Origin: Spirochaetota bacterium
Lineage (GTDB): Bacteria; Spirochaetota; UBA6919; CBDBPB01
NCBI GenBank assembly: GCA_965208615.1
Contig: CBDBPB010000004.1
Span: forward strand, 1-64,000
Direction: 5' to 3'
Length of the DNA stretch: 64,000 bases
Position 1 is the first letter of the stretch. Every line of letters starts with the position of its first letter. The position numbers and the translations under genes are program-made. The notes under the pieces were generated by a model. It was not told where the DNA came from, searched no databases, and saw nothing but the letters and a program-made list of their open reading frames with translations. Shown piece after piece: positions 51,146 through 60,802 of the stretch.

Positions 51146-52945
51146 ATGGACAAAGAAAAAATTAATAAGCAAACTGAACAACAATATGATAAAAAATTGC
51201 AAACCGACTTAGATGTCTATTTGCACTTTGTAAGCCTATATAAAAAAAAACGTCCTAAAAAGTTAATGCAGCAAATTGAACAAATTATTAACAAAGAAAA
51301 CTCAACTATTAAACGTATAAAAAAAATCGATGAACTAGATAAACAATATATAAATACAGAAAAAACTGAGAGTAAAAAAATAATCAAAGAAAAATATAGT
51401 GAAAATAATACTAAAACAAAAAGTTATAACATAACTTCCCCATCCAACTTGATAAAATCCAGCTTAATAAACTACCTTTTCTTTGAACGAACTAAACTAA
51501 TTAACTTCGCCAGAAAAACTAAAACCATTGACTTTAAACTACTAGGACTAAAAAAAGAGCTATCAGCTTATGCTATTGTATTCTGGAATAAACTTATATC
51601 TGACAGCATAGAAATACTATTACCGCAAATAAATTACGTTATTATAAACGGTTGGCAAACTCTAGAACCTATCGAGTACAACCTAATAAAAGCATTTAGA
51701 GAATTCCTCAATAAATTCTTAAAATCGGCAGGATCTTTGGATCGTAACAACTCTAACTTTGCTAACCTTAGTATAATTGACTCATTCATAGATAGCTATA
51801 TAAGGCTTATATCTAATACCTCATACCCCAATCTAATTGAAACATCATTTTATAAAATAATTAATAATAGTAAGAGCCATAATCAGAAATTAAAAAAGTC
51901 TACGAATATTATAAAAAAGTTTACAAATATACAAGCTAATGAACTATCCTTTTTAAATATCTCTATAAGTTGTTATGCAGTATGTTATAACAAATTAATA
52001 ACGCTAAATAATATATCTCATTCGTATAAAATAAAGCCCATTAACTCAGAATATCACGAATTCGACCATAAAACCCTTAATGACGTAAAAAAATATATGA
52101 ACAAAGTAAATGAAAAAATAACTGAAAGAGAAGATGCACTATTTTTTATAAACTTTATTGATGAAACCCTTGATTTTAACTCTGATAAAACAAATAAGTG
52201 GGTAAACCTATTTTATAAATTTATATCCCATAAAAATGCATTAACCCATAAGAATAATAAACAAAATGGCCTTGAACTAGAACATTTTCATAACGATATA
52301 TTAAAATATCTGTCCAAGCTAACGGATGGCTTTTTAAAAAACCATTTAATTATACTAGAAGAAAATATAAAAGTTATCACAAATGAACGGTATAAAAAAG
52401 TATCAATATTTGATAACTCACTATTTATAGCCGAATTAACAGTATTAAAAAATATAACCAAAGACTATCAGTTTATGCATGACAGCGGTAAACTTATGGC
52501 TATACCATTTGAAACATACAACATCTTTCAAATAGAAGGGCAACTAGAAGGTGAAAAAGAAAATAAATTATGTCAAATGATTTATAATGCCTTACTAGCC
52601 TATAAAAATATTAGTTTAACCCTCGAAAAGGTATTATTACAACATAATAAGGCCTTACAGGAGTCTAACACTGAATTGTTAGAGAAATATAAAGCACAAA
52701 ATAAACCCATAAGCATTATAAAAGATAACGAAATAAGATTTATCCCCCACTCATTCGATGTAATAACCCATTGTGCTCCTCTAGAAAAACAAAAAATTAT
52801 AGATATTATAAATCAAACTGTATTTTTTTGCCTAAGTCTATTATATTTACTTAAAGAAAAAGATATTATTCAAGCCATATCTACTAAAGAACAGCTCATA
52901 GCAGAAATAGAAGGATACCTCAAACTAAAAGCCAAAATTAGATAG
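51146..52945 (+). CDS. Hypothetical helical protein (599 aa)
   Basis: Long ORF with no motif I recognise; 9 nt from eda. Confidence 0.75.
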   Translation: MDKEKINKQTEQQYDKKLQTDLDVYLHFVSLYKKKRPKKLMQQIEQIINKENSTIKRIKKIDELDKQYINTEKTESKKIIKEKYSENNTKTKSYNITSPSNLIKSSLINYLFFERTKLINFARKTKTIDFKLLGLKKELSAYAIVFWNKLISDSIEILLPQINYVIINGWQTLEPIEYNLIKAFREFLNKFLKSAGSLDRNNSNFANLSIIDSFIDSYIRLISNTSYPNLIETSFYKIINNSKSHNQKLKKSTNIIKKFTNIQANELSFLNISISCYAVCYNKLITLNNISHSYKIKPINSEYHEFDHKTLNDVKKYMNKVNEKITEREDALFFINFIDETLDFNSDKTNKWVNLFYKFISHKNALTHKNNKQNGLELEHFHNDILKYLSKLTDGFLKNHLIILEENIKVITNERYKKVSIFDNSLFIAELTVLKNITKDYQFMHDSGKLMAIPFETYNIFQIEGQLEGEKENKLCQMIYNALLAYKNISLTLEKVLLQHNKALQESNTELLEKYKAQNKPISIIKDNEIRFIPHSFDVITHCAPLEKQKIIDIINQTVFFCLSLLYLLKEKDIIQAISTKEQLIAEIEGYLKLKAKIR

Positions 52946-52954
52946 ATAAAATTT

Positions 52955-53590
52955 ATGATCAATAAAAATATTAAACTAATACAAAAATATAAAGTCTTTG
53001 CTGTTATACGTGCTGAAAATACAAAGCAGGCTTTGGACTTATCATATGCACTACTAGAAGGGGGGATTAATATTATTGAAATATCACTATTAACTCCCAA
53101 GCCATATAATGTCATATCCAAACTAAAAAAAGATGATGTGTTTATTGGGGCTGGTACTGTTATGGATAGCAATATGGCAATACAAGCAATAGATGCAGGA
53201 AGTCAATTTATAATATCACCTTTTACGGATAGGGATATAATTAAAACTGCTATTAAACAAAATATAATAGTAGCCTCTGGATGTCTAACTCCAACTGAAA
53301 TTATATATGCAAATAAACTTGGTGCAAACTTTATTAAAATATTCCCCGCACACAGTCTTGGAGGTGTAAGCTATTTAAAATCCCTTATTGATATTTTCCC
53401 TCATATTCCCTTTATGCCAACAGGGGGAGTTAATCTAACTAACTTAAATGACTATTTTAGCGTTGGAGTAATGGCTGTGGGGATGTCTAGTGCATTATTA
53501 GATAAGGATACCCTTGCAAACTATGACTCCATAAAGAATAGGGCCAAACAATGTACATCTATAATAAACCAGCTAAGTAAAAATAATTAG
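52955..53590 (+). CDS. eda: KDPG/KHG aldolase
   Basis: AVIRA, IGAGTV, TPTE, KIFPA, MPTGGV. Confidence 0.93.
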   Translation: MINKNIKLIQKYKVFAVIRAENTKQALDLSYALLEGGINIIEISLLTPKPYNVISKLKKDDVFIGAGTVMDSNMAIQAIDAGSQFIISPFTDRDIIKTAIKQNIIVASGCLTPTEIIYANKLGANFIKIFPAHSLGGVSYLKSLIDIFPHIPFMPTGGVNLTNLNDYFSVGVMAVGMSSALLDKDTLANYDSIKNRAKQCTSIINQLSKNN

Positions 53591-53594
53591 AATT

Positions 53595-54638
53595 TTAATA
53601 TCCCAATTTAAACCACTTTTTAGGCATAAAATATTTTTCATAACACCTTATAGCAAAGCTATCCGTCATCATAGATATGTAGTCCACCACTCTAGACTCT
53701 AACGAAATAGTTTTATAATTTATAAAGTCAGTCTTTTTCATAATAATATCTGGATTAGTTAAAAAAAAGCTGTACAAATCAGTTATAACCTTTTTAGCCT
53801 TAATAGACTCCTCTAAAACTGCCTCATGGGTATATACCCTATTATAGAGATAATCTTTTAGTTTTTCGCTTTCACCAAGAATAATAGAACTCATAGTTAT
53901 ATATTCGCTATTCTTGCTAGCCTCAATAACGTTCTCTACCATGGTATTTATCCTCTTAGAATAGCTATCCCCCAATACCTTAACAACCGACTTGGGTATA
54001 TCTGAATTCTTAAGAATACCAGCTCTAACAGAGTCATCAATATCGTGGTTTAAATAAGATATTCTATCAGCAATTCTGACTATTTGTCCCTCTAGAGTTA
54101 TGGCCCTATCCTTATCCCTTTTTGCTAACATATCCCCCATACTTTTTGAGTGCTTTAAAATACCATCCCTAACCTCATAAGTAAGATTTAAACCCTTTCC
54201 TTTTTTTTCCAGTCGATCTACTATCCTAAGACTCTGAATATTATGACGAAATCCTTTTGAATAAATCTCATTAATTGCACTCTCTCCAACATGACCAAAA
54301 GGAGGATGTCCAAGATCGTGTCCAAGAGATATAGCCTCAGTAAGGTCTTCGTTTAAAGATAATCCCCTTGCAATTGTCCTAGCGATGCCTGAGACCTCAA
54401 GAGTATGAGTTAATCTTGTTCTATAAAGATCATTAAGTGAAATAAAAAAAACCTGTGTTTTATGTTTAAGCCTTCTAAAAGCCTCTGAGTGCAATATTCT
54501 ATCTCTATCACGCATAAAAGCAGTACGAATATTACTTTCCTTTTCATGGCGGACTCTACCTCTTGAATTTATGCTTAACTTTGCTCTAGAAGATAAATAA
54601 CTTTTCTCATTTTCCTCAATTACATGGCGTATAAACAT
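53595..54638 (-). CDS. dgt: dGTP triphosphohydrolase-like HD protein
   Basis: RDRDRILHSEAFRRLKHKTQVF, RTRLTHTLEV, GHDLGHPPFGH, YLNHDIDD. Confidence 0.95.
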   Translation of the reverse strand: MFIRHVIEENEKSYLSSRAKLSINSRGRVRHEKESNIRTAFMRDRDRILHSEAFRRLKHKTQVFFISLNDLYRTRLTHTLEVSGIARTIARGLSLNEDLTEAISLGHDLGHPPFGHVGESAINEIYSKGFRHNIQSLRIVDRLEKKGKGLNLTYEVRDGILKHSKSMGDMLAKRDKDRAITLEGQIVRIADRISYLNHDIDDSVRAGILKNSDIPKSVVKVLGDSYSKRINTMVENVIEASKNSEYITMSSIILGESEKLKDYLYNRVYTHEAVLEESIKAKKVITDLYSFFLTNPDIIMKKTDFINYKTISLESRVVDYISMMTDSFAIRCYEKYFMPKKWFKLGY

Positions 54639-55060
54639 ATTGTTAACAAAAGTACTAATATTTTATATAAAAAAAGATTTTAATAAAAGTTAACTAGTTT
54701 AGGTTAAAAAGTATAGAGACCGCCTAATTCAATATAAGTTAATATAAAGTTCTTTAGCGTTTAATAAAAAAATACTATGTTTTGCCATCTTTATTTTTTT
54801 GCAATTTACTTTTTTATTATTTTTTTAATAAAAAGCTTTTTTTTTAGTTCTAAACTAATATAAATTTTAAGTACATTTTAACTAGTTTTAAATACTTAAA
54901 TTACCTAATGGTTTTTAATTAAAAATTATAATAATTTTGTATTTAATTCTTAATAAGGAGGTTTAATAAAATAACTGATTAACTTTATGCTTTATCTATT
55001 TAAAGTTTTTTAAATAAATTATACATGAAAAAAAAATAAAGTTAGCATATAATTTAAATA

Positions 55061-55088
55061 TAAAAATAACCTATATTTTATTCGATAA
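55061..55088 (+). promoter_or_regulatory. Candidate sigma-28 promoter
   Basis: TAAA-N16-TTCGATAA, 34 nt before ATG 55123. Confidence 0.4.
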
Positions 55089-55122
55089 TATATTTGTTAA
55101 TAACATAATAATAAGGAAAAAG

Positions 55123-55764
55123 ATGAGAGCATTAACTATCTTTATAGTACTTACAATAATAACAGTTTTCTTTATATGGAAAAGTATTAATGGACATATA
55201 GAAGAAGGCTTTAACCGGAATAAAAAAGTTGATATTCTCCTTATTGACGAAAAAAGAAACATGAAAAATATGGATTATGTCATTGGAGATCAACAATTCC
55301 AAGTGAGGGTTAGGTTAGATGTTCCATCTTATGTATATATATTTAATCTTGATACATATAAAAGACTTTATGACATATTCCCAAAAACAAACATTGCAAA
55401 GCAAAATCCACTGCAAGAAGGCGAACATTATTTTCCCTCTCAAAATACTGTTTATCAATTTGCTTCTGGTAGAGGTATTGAGATATTCTATATCTTTATC
55501 TGTAAAAAGAGAATAATGGCATTAGAAAAGCTACGGGAACTTATTTTACCAAGGGGATATGATATTGATAAAAAAGATAAGAAGGCTTTAGACTTTATAT
55601 CTTTTTATGTTCCAGGGGGAAAAGGAAAAAGTAATTTTTATTATGACAAACTAATATTACTGTATAGTCCAAGAGAAAGAGGTTCTTTAAATAACGAGAT
55701 CTACAGAAAAGCTGAAAAAGAACTTAAAACTATTAAGATTTATAGATCTAGGCAAAAACTCTAA
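55123..55764 (+). CDS. Membrane-anchored DUF4384-like protein
   Basis: N-terminal TM; GDQQFQVRV..SYVYIFNLD..IFP..YFP..GIEIFYIF. Confidence 0.6.
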   Translation: MRALTIFIVLTIITVFFIWKSINGHIEEGFNRNKKVDILLIDEKRNMKNMDYVIGDQQFQVRVRLDVPSYVYIFNLDTYKRLYDIFPKTNIAKQNPLQEGEHYFPSQNTVYQFASGRGIEIFYIFICKKRIMALEKLRELILPRGYDIDKKDKKALDFISFYVPGGKGKSNFYYDKLILLYSPRERGSLNNEIYRKAEKELKTIKIYRSRQKL

Positions 55765-55900
55765 TGCATTAGTTAACAAACTAATAACAGATGTCGAGGT
55801 AGAAGTAGGATATTTAACTATTAGAAGTTACAGTAATAAAAAAAACAAGGCTGTTTAATAAAACGAAAAGACATTTAATGTTTATTATTAGGATTTAGTA

Positions 55901-56998
55901 ATGAGGTTGTTAATTCCTTCAATATTAATTTTTTTTGTATTAGCTGTACCTCTTTTTTCAGAGACCCACAAATATAATTATAAGCTTAAGGTTATAGTGG
56001 CTCCTAATTATCGCCTTATTAGTTATTCAATAAGCAAGTATGAGTGGGATGAAAAAGAGAAATTTAAAGTTAAGGAGGATAAGTTTAGTGATAGTCAAAA
56101 GCGTTTAAAGTCATATAATTTTAAATATAAAGATAAAAGGCTAATACTAAAGACTGAGAATGATGGTATTGCTAAACCTATTAAGTTAACACAATACTAT
56201 TATAGGTTTGGGAAGCTTATAAAAAAAGTTGAAGAAGATAAAAAGCTAAATTCTATTTTAGCTATTAATGTTAACCAACACTATTATAAGGATAATATCT
56301 TGAACCACCAAGAAATTATCCCTATTAAAAATGGATTATTAACAAAAAAAACTCTATATACCTATTCACTTCATCAGACTAGAGTGGATCATACAAGAAA
56401 CACTAAAATAGGACTTAAGGAAAGTTTTTCACGAGATTACACTGAAATACACCATTATAAGACTAATGGCAAGCTAAATATAACAGTCAAGTTAGATGGT
56501 ATGGACTCCCCTATTAGTTATACAAAGTATTTTTATGATAATAAATATAGAATTAGCAAGGCAGAAGTTTACAAAGTATCTGAATGGCTTTCAACTTGGG
56601 ATCGTAAAAACTTTTCTTTTCCTCGTAATGTAAGATCCCTTATTAAGATTATTTATTATCATTATTCGGATAGCTATCCAGATATTTCAAAAAGAGTTGT
56701 TATGTCTTCCAAACATCCTAAATATTATATTTATCTTGATAAGTTAAAGCTAAAGCCTAAGAAAAAGATAAAGCCTGTAAAGCTAAAGCCTAAGAAAAAG
56801 ATAAAGCCTGTAAAGCTAAAGCCTAAGAAAAAGATAAAGCCTGTAAAGCTAAAGCCTAAGAAAAAGATAAAGCCTGTAAAGCTAAAGCCTAAGAAAGACA
56901 TAAAGCCTGTAAAGCTAAAGCCTAAGAAAGACATAAAGCCTATCCAAAAAAAAGACTACCGTATAGGAGACTATCAAAAAAGATGGTATGAATATTAG
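55901..56998 (+). CDS. Secreted Tyr/Lys-rich protein with basic Lys/Pro repeat tail
   Basis: Signal peptide; YD-like strands (TKYFYDNKYR); six 11-aa repeats near the C-terminus. Confidence 0.75.
   Translation: MRLLIPSILIFFVLAVPLFSETHKYNYKLKVIVAPNYRLISYSISKYEWDEKEKFKVKEDKFSDSQKRLKSYNFKYKDKRLILKTENDGIAKPIKLTQYYYRFGKLIKKVEEDKKLNSILAINVNQHYYKDNILNHQEIIPIKNGLLTKKTLYTYSLHQTRVDHTRNTKIGLKESFSRDYTEIHHYKTNGKLNITVKLDGMDSPISYTKYFYDNKYRISKAEVYKVSEWLSTWDRKNFSFPRNVRSLIKIIYYHYSDSYPDISKRVVMSSKHPKYYIYLDKLKLKPKKKIKPVKLKPKKKIKPVKLKPKKKIKPVKLKPKKKIKPVKLKPKKDIKPVKLKPKKDIKPIQKKDYRIGDYQKRWYEY
56747..56944 (+). repeat. 33-bp tandem repeat x6
   Basis: AAGCTAAAGCCTAAGAAAAAGATAAAGCCTGTA x4 (KLKPKKKIKPV), then 2 variants (KLKPKKDIKPV/I). 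Confidence 0.95.
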
Positions 56999-57255
56999 TT
57001 AACTATTTTTTTATAGTTAATTCTAAGGTTGTATTGTTACTAACTACTCTAATGCCTCTTTTAGATTATTAGCTTTAAAAAAGTTTTTATTATATCCGTT
57101 AGAACCTTTGCTAATACCTATCTTATCTCATAAAATGCTTTTTACGAAAATATTAAAATCTTTATCAACAAATACAAAAAATATTTAATTACCTAACCCA
57201 AATGACGACTTACTAATTATTACTATCCCTTTTAACTAAATTCTATGAGGTCATA

Positions 57256-57804
57256 GTGAATACTAATAAAAAATTATATCCCAAAATCATAATGAATGAA
57301 GTAGATATTAAAAATACCATTATGAGAATGACATATCAAATCGTAGAAAAAGAAAAAAATCTTATGAATATGGCCTTCGTTGGTATAAAAACTAGAGGCG
57401 AATTTTTAGCTAGACGATTCGCTAATGAATTTGAAAAACTCGCTGGCTATAAAGCAAACTTAGGTATACTAGATATTACCCTGTATAGAGACGACTTTAA
57501 CTCTCTAGATAACCTTTCCATCGGAGAAACCCACCTTATTTTCGATATAAATGCTAAAAGAATAATCCTAGTGGATGATGTTATATATACAGGAAGGACT
57601 ATTCGCTCTGCCATAGACCAACTCGTTGACTTTGGTAGACCTGCCGAAATAGAACTAGCTATCTTGGTGGATAGAAAAGGTAGAGAACTGCCTATTTCTG
57701 CAAACTATATTGGAAAAAGTATATCAACCAAAGAAAATGAGCATATTATGGTAAAGTTCTCCGAACTCGATAATATAGATCAAGTTGTTATAATAAAAAA
57801 ATAA
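57256..57804 (+). CDS. pyrR: PyrR / uracil phosphoribosyltransferase
   Basis: GIKTRG, LDITLYRDD, LVDDVIYTGRT, RELPI. Confidence 0.93.
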   Translation: MNTNKKLYPKIIMNEVDIKNTIMRMTYQIVEKEKNLMNMAFVGIKTRGEFLARRFANEFEKLAGYKANLGILDITLYRDDFNSLDNLSIGETHLIFDINAKRIILVDDVIYTGRTIRSAIDQLVDFGRPAEIELAILVDRKGRELPISANYIGKSISTKENEHIMVKFSELDNIDQVVIIKK

Positions 57805-57821
57805 TCTTAAGGATAAGTATA

Positions 57822-58766
57822 TTGAGACTGGATAATAAAAATCTCTTAGGGCTAGAAAGCCTAAGCAAAAACGATATAGAATTAATTTTATCCACCGCTA
57901 TACCCATGAAAAAGATTTTCACCCGTTCTGTAAAAAAAGTCCCTGCGTTAAGAGGAAAAGCTATATTAAACTTATTTTATGAACCGTCTACCAGAACAAG
58001 AACCTCATTCGAAATCGCCGCAAAAAGCCTTAGTGCTGATGTAATAAATATCTCCACATCAACTAGTAGTATCCTAAAAGGAGAAAGCCTAGTAGATACT
58101 ACTAAAACTATTGAGGCTCTAAATGTTGATGCAATAGTACTTAGACATAATGCATCCGGTGCTCCGCAGTTTTTAGCCCGTAGAACCTCATTACCCATAA
58201 TAAACGGAGGCGATGGTATCCATGAACACCCTACACAAGCTCTCTTAGACCTATTTACAATAAAAGAAAGAAAAAAAAATATAAAGGGATTAAAAGTAGC
58301 TATAGTAGGTGATATCCTTCATAGCAGGGTGTCTAGATCCAATATAATCGGAATTACTAAACTGGGCGGAGAAGTTAGAGTAATAGGTCCTCCAACACTA
58401 ATTCCTAAAAATATAGAAAAACTGGGGTGCAAGGTATACTACACTTTAGAAGAAGGATTAAAGGATGTTGATGTCATTTATTGTCTTAGAATACAGCTTG
58501 AACGTCAAGCTAAAAACCTCTTTCCTTCTCTAGAAGAATATATTAAACTTTTCTCTATTAATGAAAAGAGGCTTGCCTTAGCTAAAAATGATGTACTAGT
58601 CATGCATCCAGGCCCCATGAATAGAGGTGTTGAACTATCCGCTAAAGTGGCTTATAGTGATTTATCCACTATTAAGGATCAGGTTACTAATGGAATTGCT
58701 ATTAGGATGGCTGTTTTCTACTTGATCTTGGGAGGAGGTGATAATGTTAAAGAAATTACTGATTAA
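57822..58766 (+). CDS. pyrB: Aspartate carbamoyltransferase catalytic chain
   Basis: FYEPSTRTRTSF, HPTQALLD, GDILHSRV, RIQLER, MHPGP. Confidence 0.97.
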   Translation: MRLDNKNLLGLESLSKNDIELILSTAIPMKKIFTRSVKKVPALRGKAILNLFYEPSTRTRTSFEIAAKSLSADVINISTSTSSILKGESLVDTTKTIEALNVDAIVLRHNASGAPQFLARRTSLPIINGGDGIHEHPTQALLDLFTIKERKKNIKGLKVAIVGDILHSRVSRSNIIGITKLGGEVRVIGPPTLIPKNIEKLGCKVYYTLEEGLKDVDVIYCLRIQLERQAKNLFPSLEEYIKLFSINEKRLALAKNDVLVMHPGPMNRGVELSAKVAYSDLSTIKDQVTNGIAIRMAVFYLILGGGDNVKEITD

Positions 58767-60060
58767 AAACGGATTAGTAGTTTGTCCAGAACAAGGTATA
58801 GTAGAAAAATTAGACGTATTAATAAAAAACTCCAAAATTATTGAACTTAAAAAAAATATTACTAATAGTGATGCCAATATTATTAATGCAAAAGGGAAAA
58901 TAGTAATACCAGGTTTAGTCGATATTCACTCTCACCTGAGAGAACCTGGTCGTGAAGATGTGGCTACAATTAAAACAGAAGTAGAAAGTGCTTCTGCTGG
59001 TGGATATACCTCTATAGCGTGTATGCCTAATACAAATCCCCCTATCGACGATAAAAGAGGTGTTATTTATGTTAATGCCAAAGGTAAAGAAGCTGGACTA
59101 ACTAATGTTTATTCTATTGCCTCTGCTACCAAAGGATTAGAGGGTAATAACCTTACTAATATTTCCATGCTTGTGGAGGCTGGAGCTGTTGCTATATCAG
59201 ATGCCGAAAATACTATTATAAACTCATCCGTTATGAAGTGTGCATTAGAATATATCCGTATGTTTAATATACCAATTATAAGCCATTGTGAAGATAACAG
59301 CTTATCCGAAAATGGATGCATAAATGAAAGCTATGTTTCTACTTCCCTCGGACTTAAAGGTATTCCTTATGTCGCTGAAGAAATTATGGTAGCTAGGGAT
59401 ATTGCTCTTACAAAATATACTAACTCTATATTACATATAGCACATATTACTACTGCTTCATCAGTTAGGCTTATAAGAAAGGCAAAAAAAGATGGTATTA
59501 GGGTTAGCTGTGAGGTTAGCCCTCACCATTTTACGTTAACCGAAAACGATATTATTAACTCCTCATATAATAGTAACTTTAAAGTAACTCCTCCGCTAAG
59601 AACAGAAAAAGATAAAGATGCCGTTATAGACGGACTTATAGACGGTACTATTGACTGTATTGCAACTGATCACAGTCCTTGGCTAGATAACGAAAAAGAT
59701 ATGGAGTTTATTGAGGCTCCATCGGGTATTGTTGGCTTTGAGACTGCCTTACCTTTAGTATTCACTAACCTTATTAATACTAAAAAACTTTCTTTACTCG
59801 ATGCTATTTCAAAAATCACCTTAAACCCTGCTAAAATAATTAACTTAAATAAAGGAACCCTCTCTATAGGCAGTACTGCAGATATTACCATTATAGATCC
59901 AGAATTAGAAATTACTATCGATCTTGACTTCTTTCACTCAACAAGTAAAAACTCTCCATTTATCGGAAAAACTTTAAAGGGTTATGCAATATATACAATT
60001 ATAGAAGGAAATATTATTTATGACAGAACTAAAAATATGTTTTTTCCTAAAAAAAAATAA
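58744..60060 (+). CDS. pyrC: Type I dihydroorotase (some active-site motifs divergent)
   Basis: DIHSHLREPG, MPNTNP, SHCED, HIAH, ATDH; ATG 58744 after GGAGG; overlaps the end of pyrB. Confidence 0.9.
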   Translation: MLKKLLIKNGLVVCPEQGIVEKLDVLIKNSKIIELKKNITNSDANIINAKGKIVIPGLVDIHSHLREPGREDVATIKTEVESASAGGYTSIACMPNTNPPIDDKRGVIYVNAKGKEAGLTNVYSIASATKGLEGNNLTNISMLVEAGAVAISDAENTIINSSVMKCALEYIRMFNIPIISHCEDNSLSENGCINESYVSTSLGLKGIPYVAEEIMVARDIALTKYTNSILHIAHITTASSVRLIRKAKKDGIRVSCEVSPHHFTLTENDIINSSYNSNFKVTPPLRTEKDKDAVIDGLIDGTIDCIATDHSPWLDNEKDMEFIEAPSGIVGFETALPLVFTNLINTKKLSLLDAISKITLNPAKIINLNKGTLSIGSTADITIIDPELEITIDLDFFHSTSKNSPFIGKTLKGYAIYTIIEGNIIYDRTKNMFFPKKK

Positions 60061-60142
60061 AGTTGTATTTCTTTAAAAAAACTTGTTTTTATTATTAATA
60101 GAGTTAAATTTTAGTTTAGTTATTAAATTAGGAGGATTTGTT

Positions 60143-60787
60143 ATGAAAAAATGTTTATTCGTTATTACATTATTGATAATTATGTCTTTTACACTAACTC
60201 TTTTCGGAAGAAGTAATGGAAAAATATCCGTACTATTAGGTAAAGTATATATAATGGAATATAGAAAAGCATATAAAAAGTCTTTGTTAACCGCTAACAA
60301 AACTATTTCTCCAAAAGATATTATACTTACCACCTCTAATGGAATTGTAATAGTTCGTTTTCCGGATAAATCTAGTATTATAGTTCGTCCTAATTCCAGA
60401 GTACAATTTTCTTTTATGTCCACTAGATCACAAATGATAAATCTAGGGAATGGCGGAGTTATGGCAAGAGTAAATAGGTTGAGATACAAAAAAGGTTTTA
60501 ATGTAAATACCCCAAACAGCTTGGCTGGAGTTAGGGGAACACAGTTTATCGTCGAATATAATGAAAATTCTAAAGAATATAACGTTGATGTTTATAGCGG
60601 ACGCGTTAATTATAAACCAAAATCTAAAAAAAATCGTGTTACACTTAACCTAGATAAAGGAAATGCCCTTCACTATGATAATAAAAAGCTATCATCTGTC
60701 AGAATCTCTAATAAAGAGACTCTAAAAAAGTACGAAGAGTTTATGAAAAAGCTATCAAGTAATATAAGCGGCTGGGAATTTAATTAA
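60143..60787 (+). CDS. Secreted FecR-domain protein
   Basis: GGAGG then ATG 60143; signal peptide; TPNSLAGVRGTQF..VYSGRV. Confidence 0.8.
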   Translation: MKKCLFVITLLIIMSFTLTLFGRSNGKISVLLGKVYIMEYRKAYKKSLLTANKTISPKDIILTTSNGIVIVRFPDKSSIIVRPNSRVQFSFMSTRSQMINLGNGGVMARVNRLRYKKGFNVNTPNSLAGVRGTQFIVEYNENSKEYNVDVYSGRVNYKPKSKKNRVTLNLDKGNALHYDNKKLSSVRISNKETLKKYEEFMKKLSSNISGWEFN

Positions 60788-60802
60788 CTATATAAATAAG
60801 GC

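Noticed and set aside
53595-54638. dGTPase as an antiphage defence gene
   Set aside because: Short housekeeping-type dgt among metabolic genes, with no defence-island context
54688-54700. Resemblance to the E. coli trp operator (GTTAACTAGT)
   Set aside because: Half-match only, no trp genes nearby, and the background is rich in CTAG
40437-54725. AGACCGCCT repeated in two intergenic regions (40437 and 54717)
   Set aside because: Two copies of a 9-mer with unrelated flanks; compatible with chance
56747-56944. 33-bp repeats as a CRISPR array
   Set aside because: Units are head-to-tail with no spacers, in frame inside a CDS, and there are no cas genes
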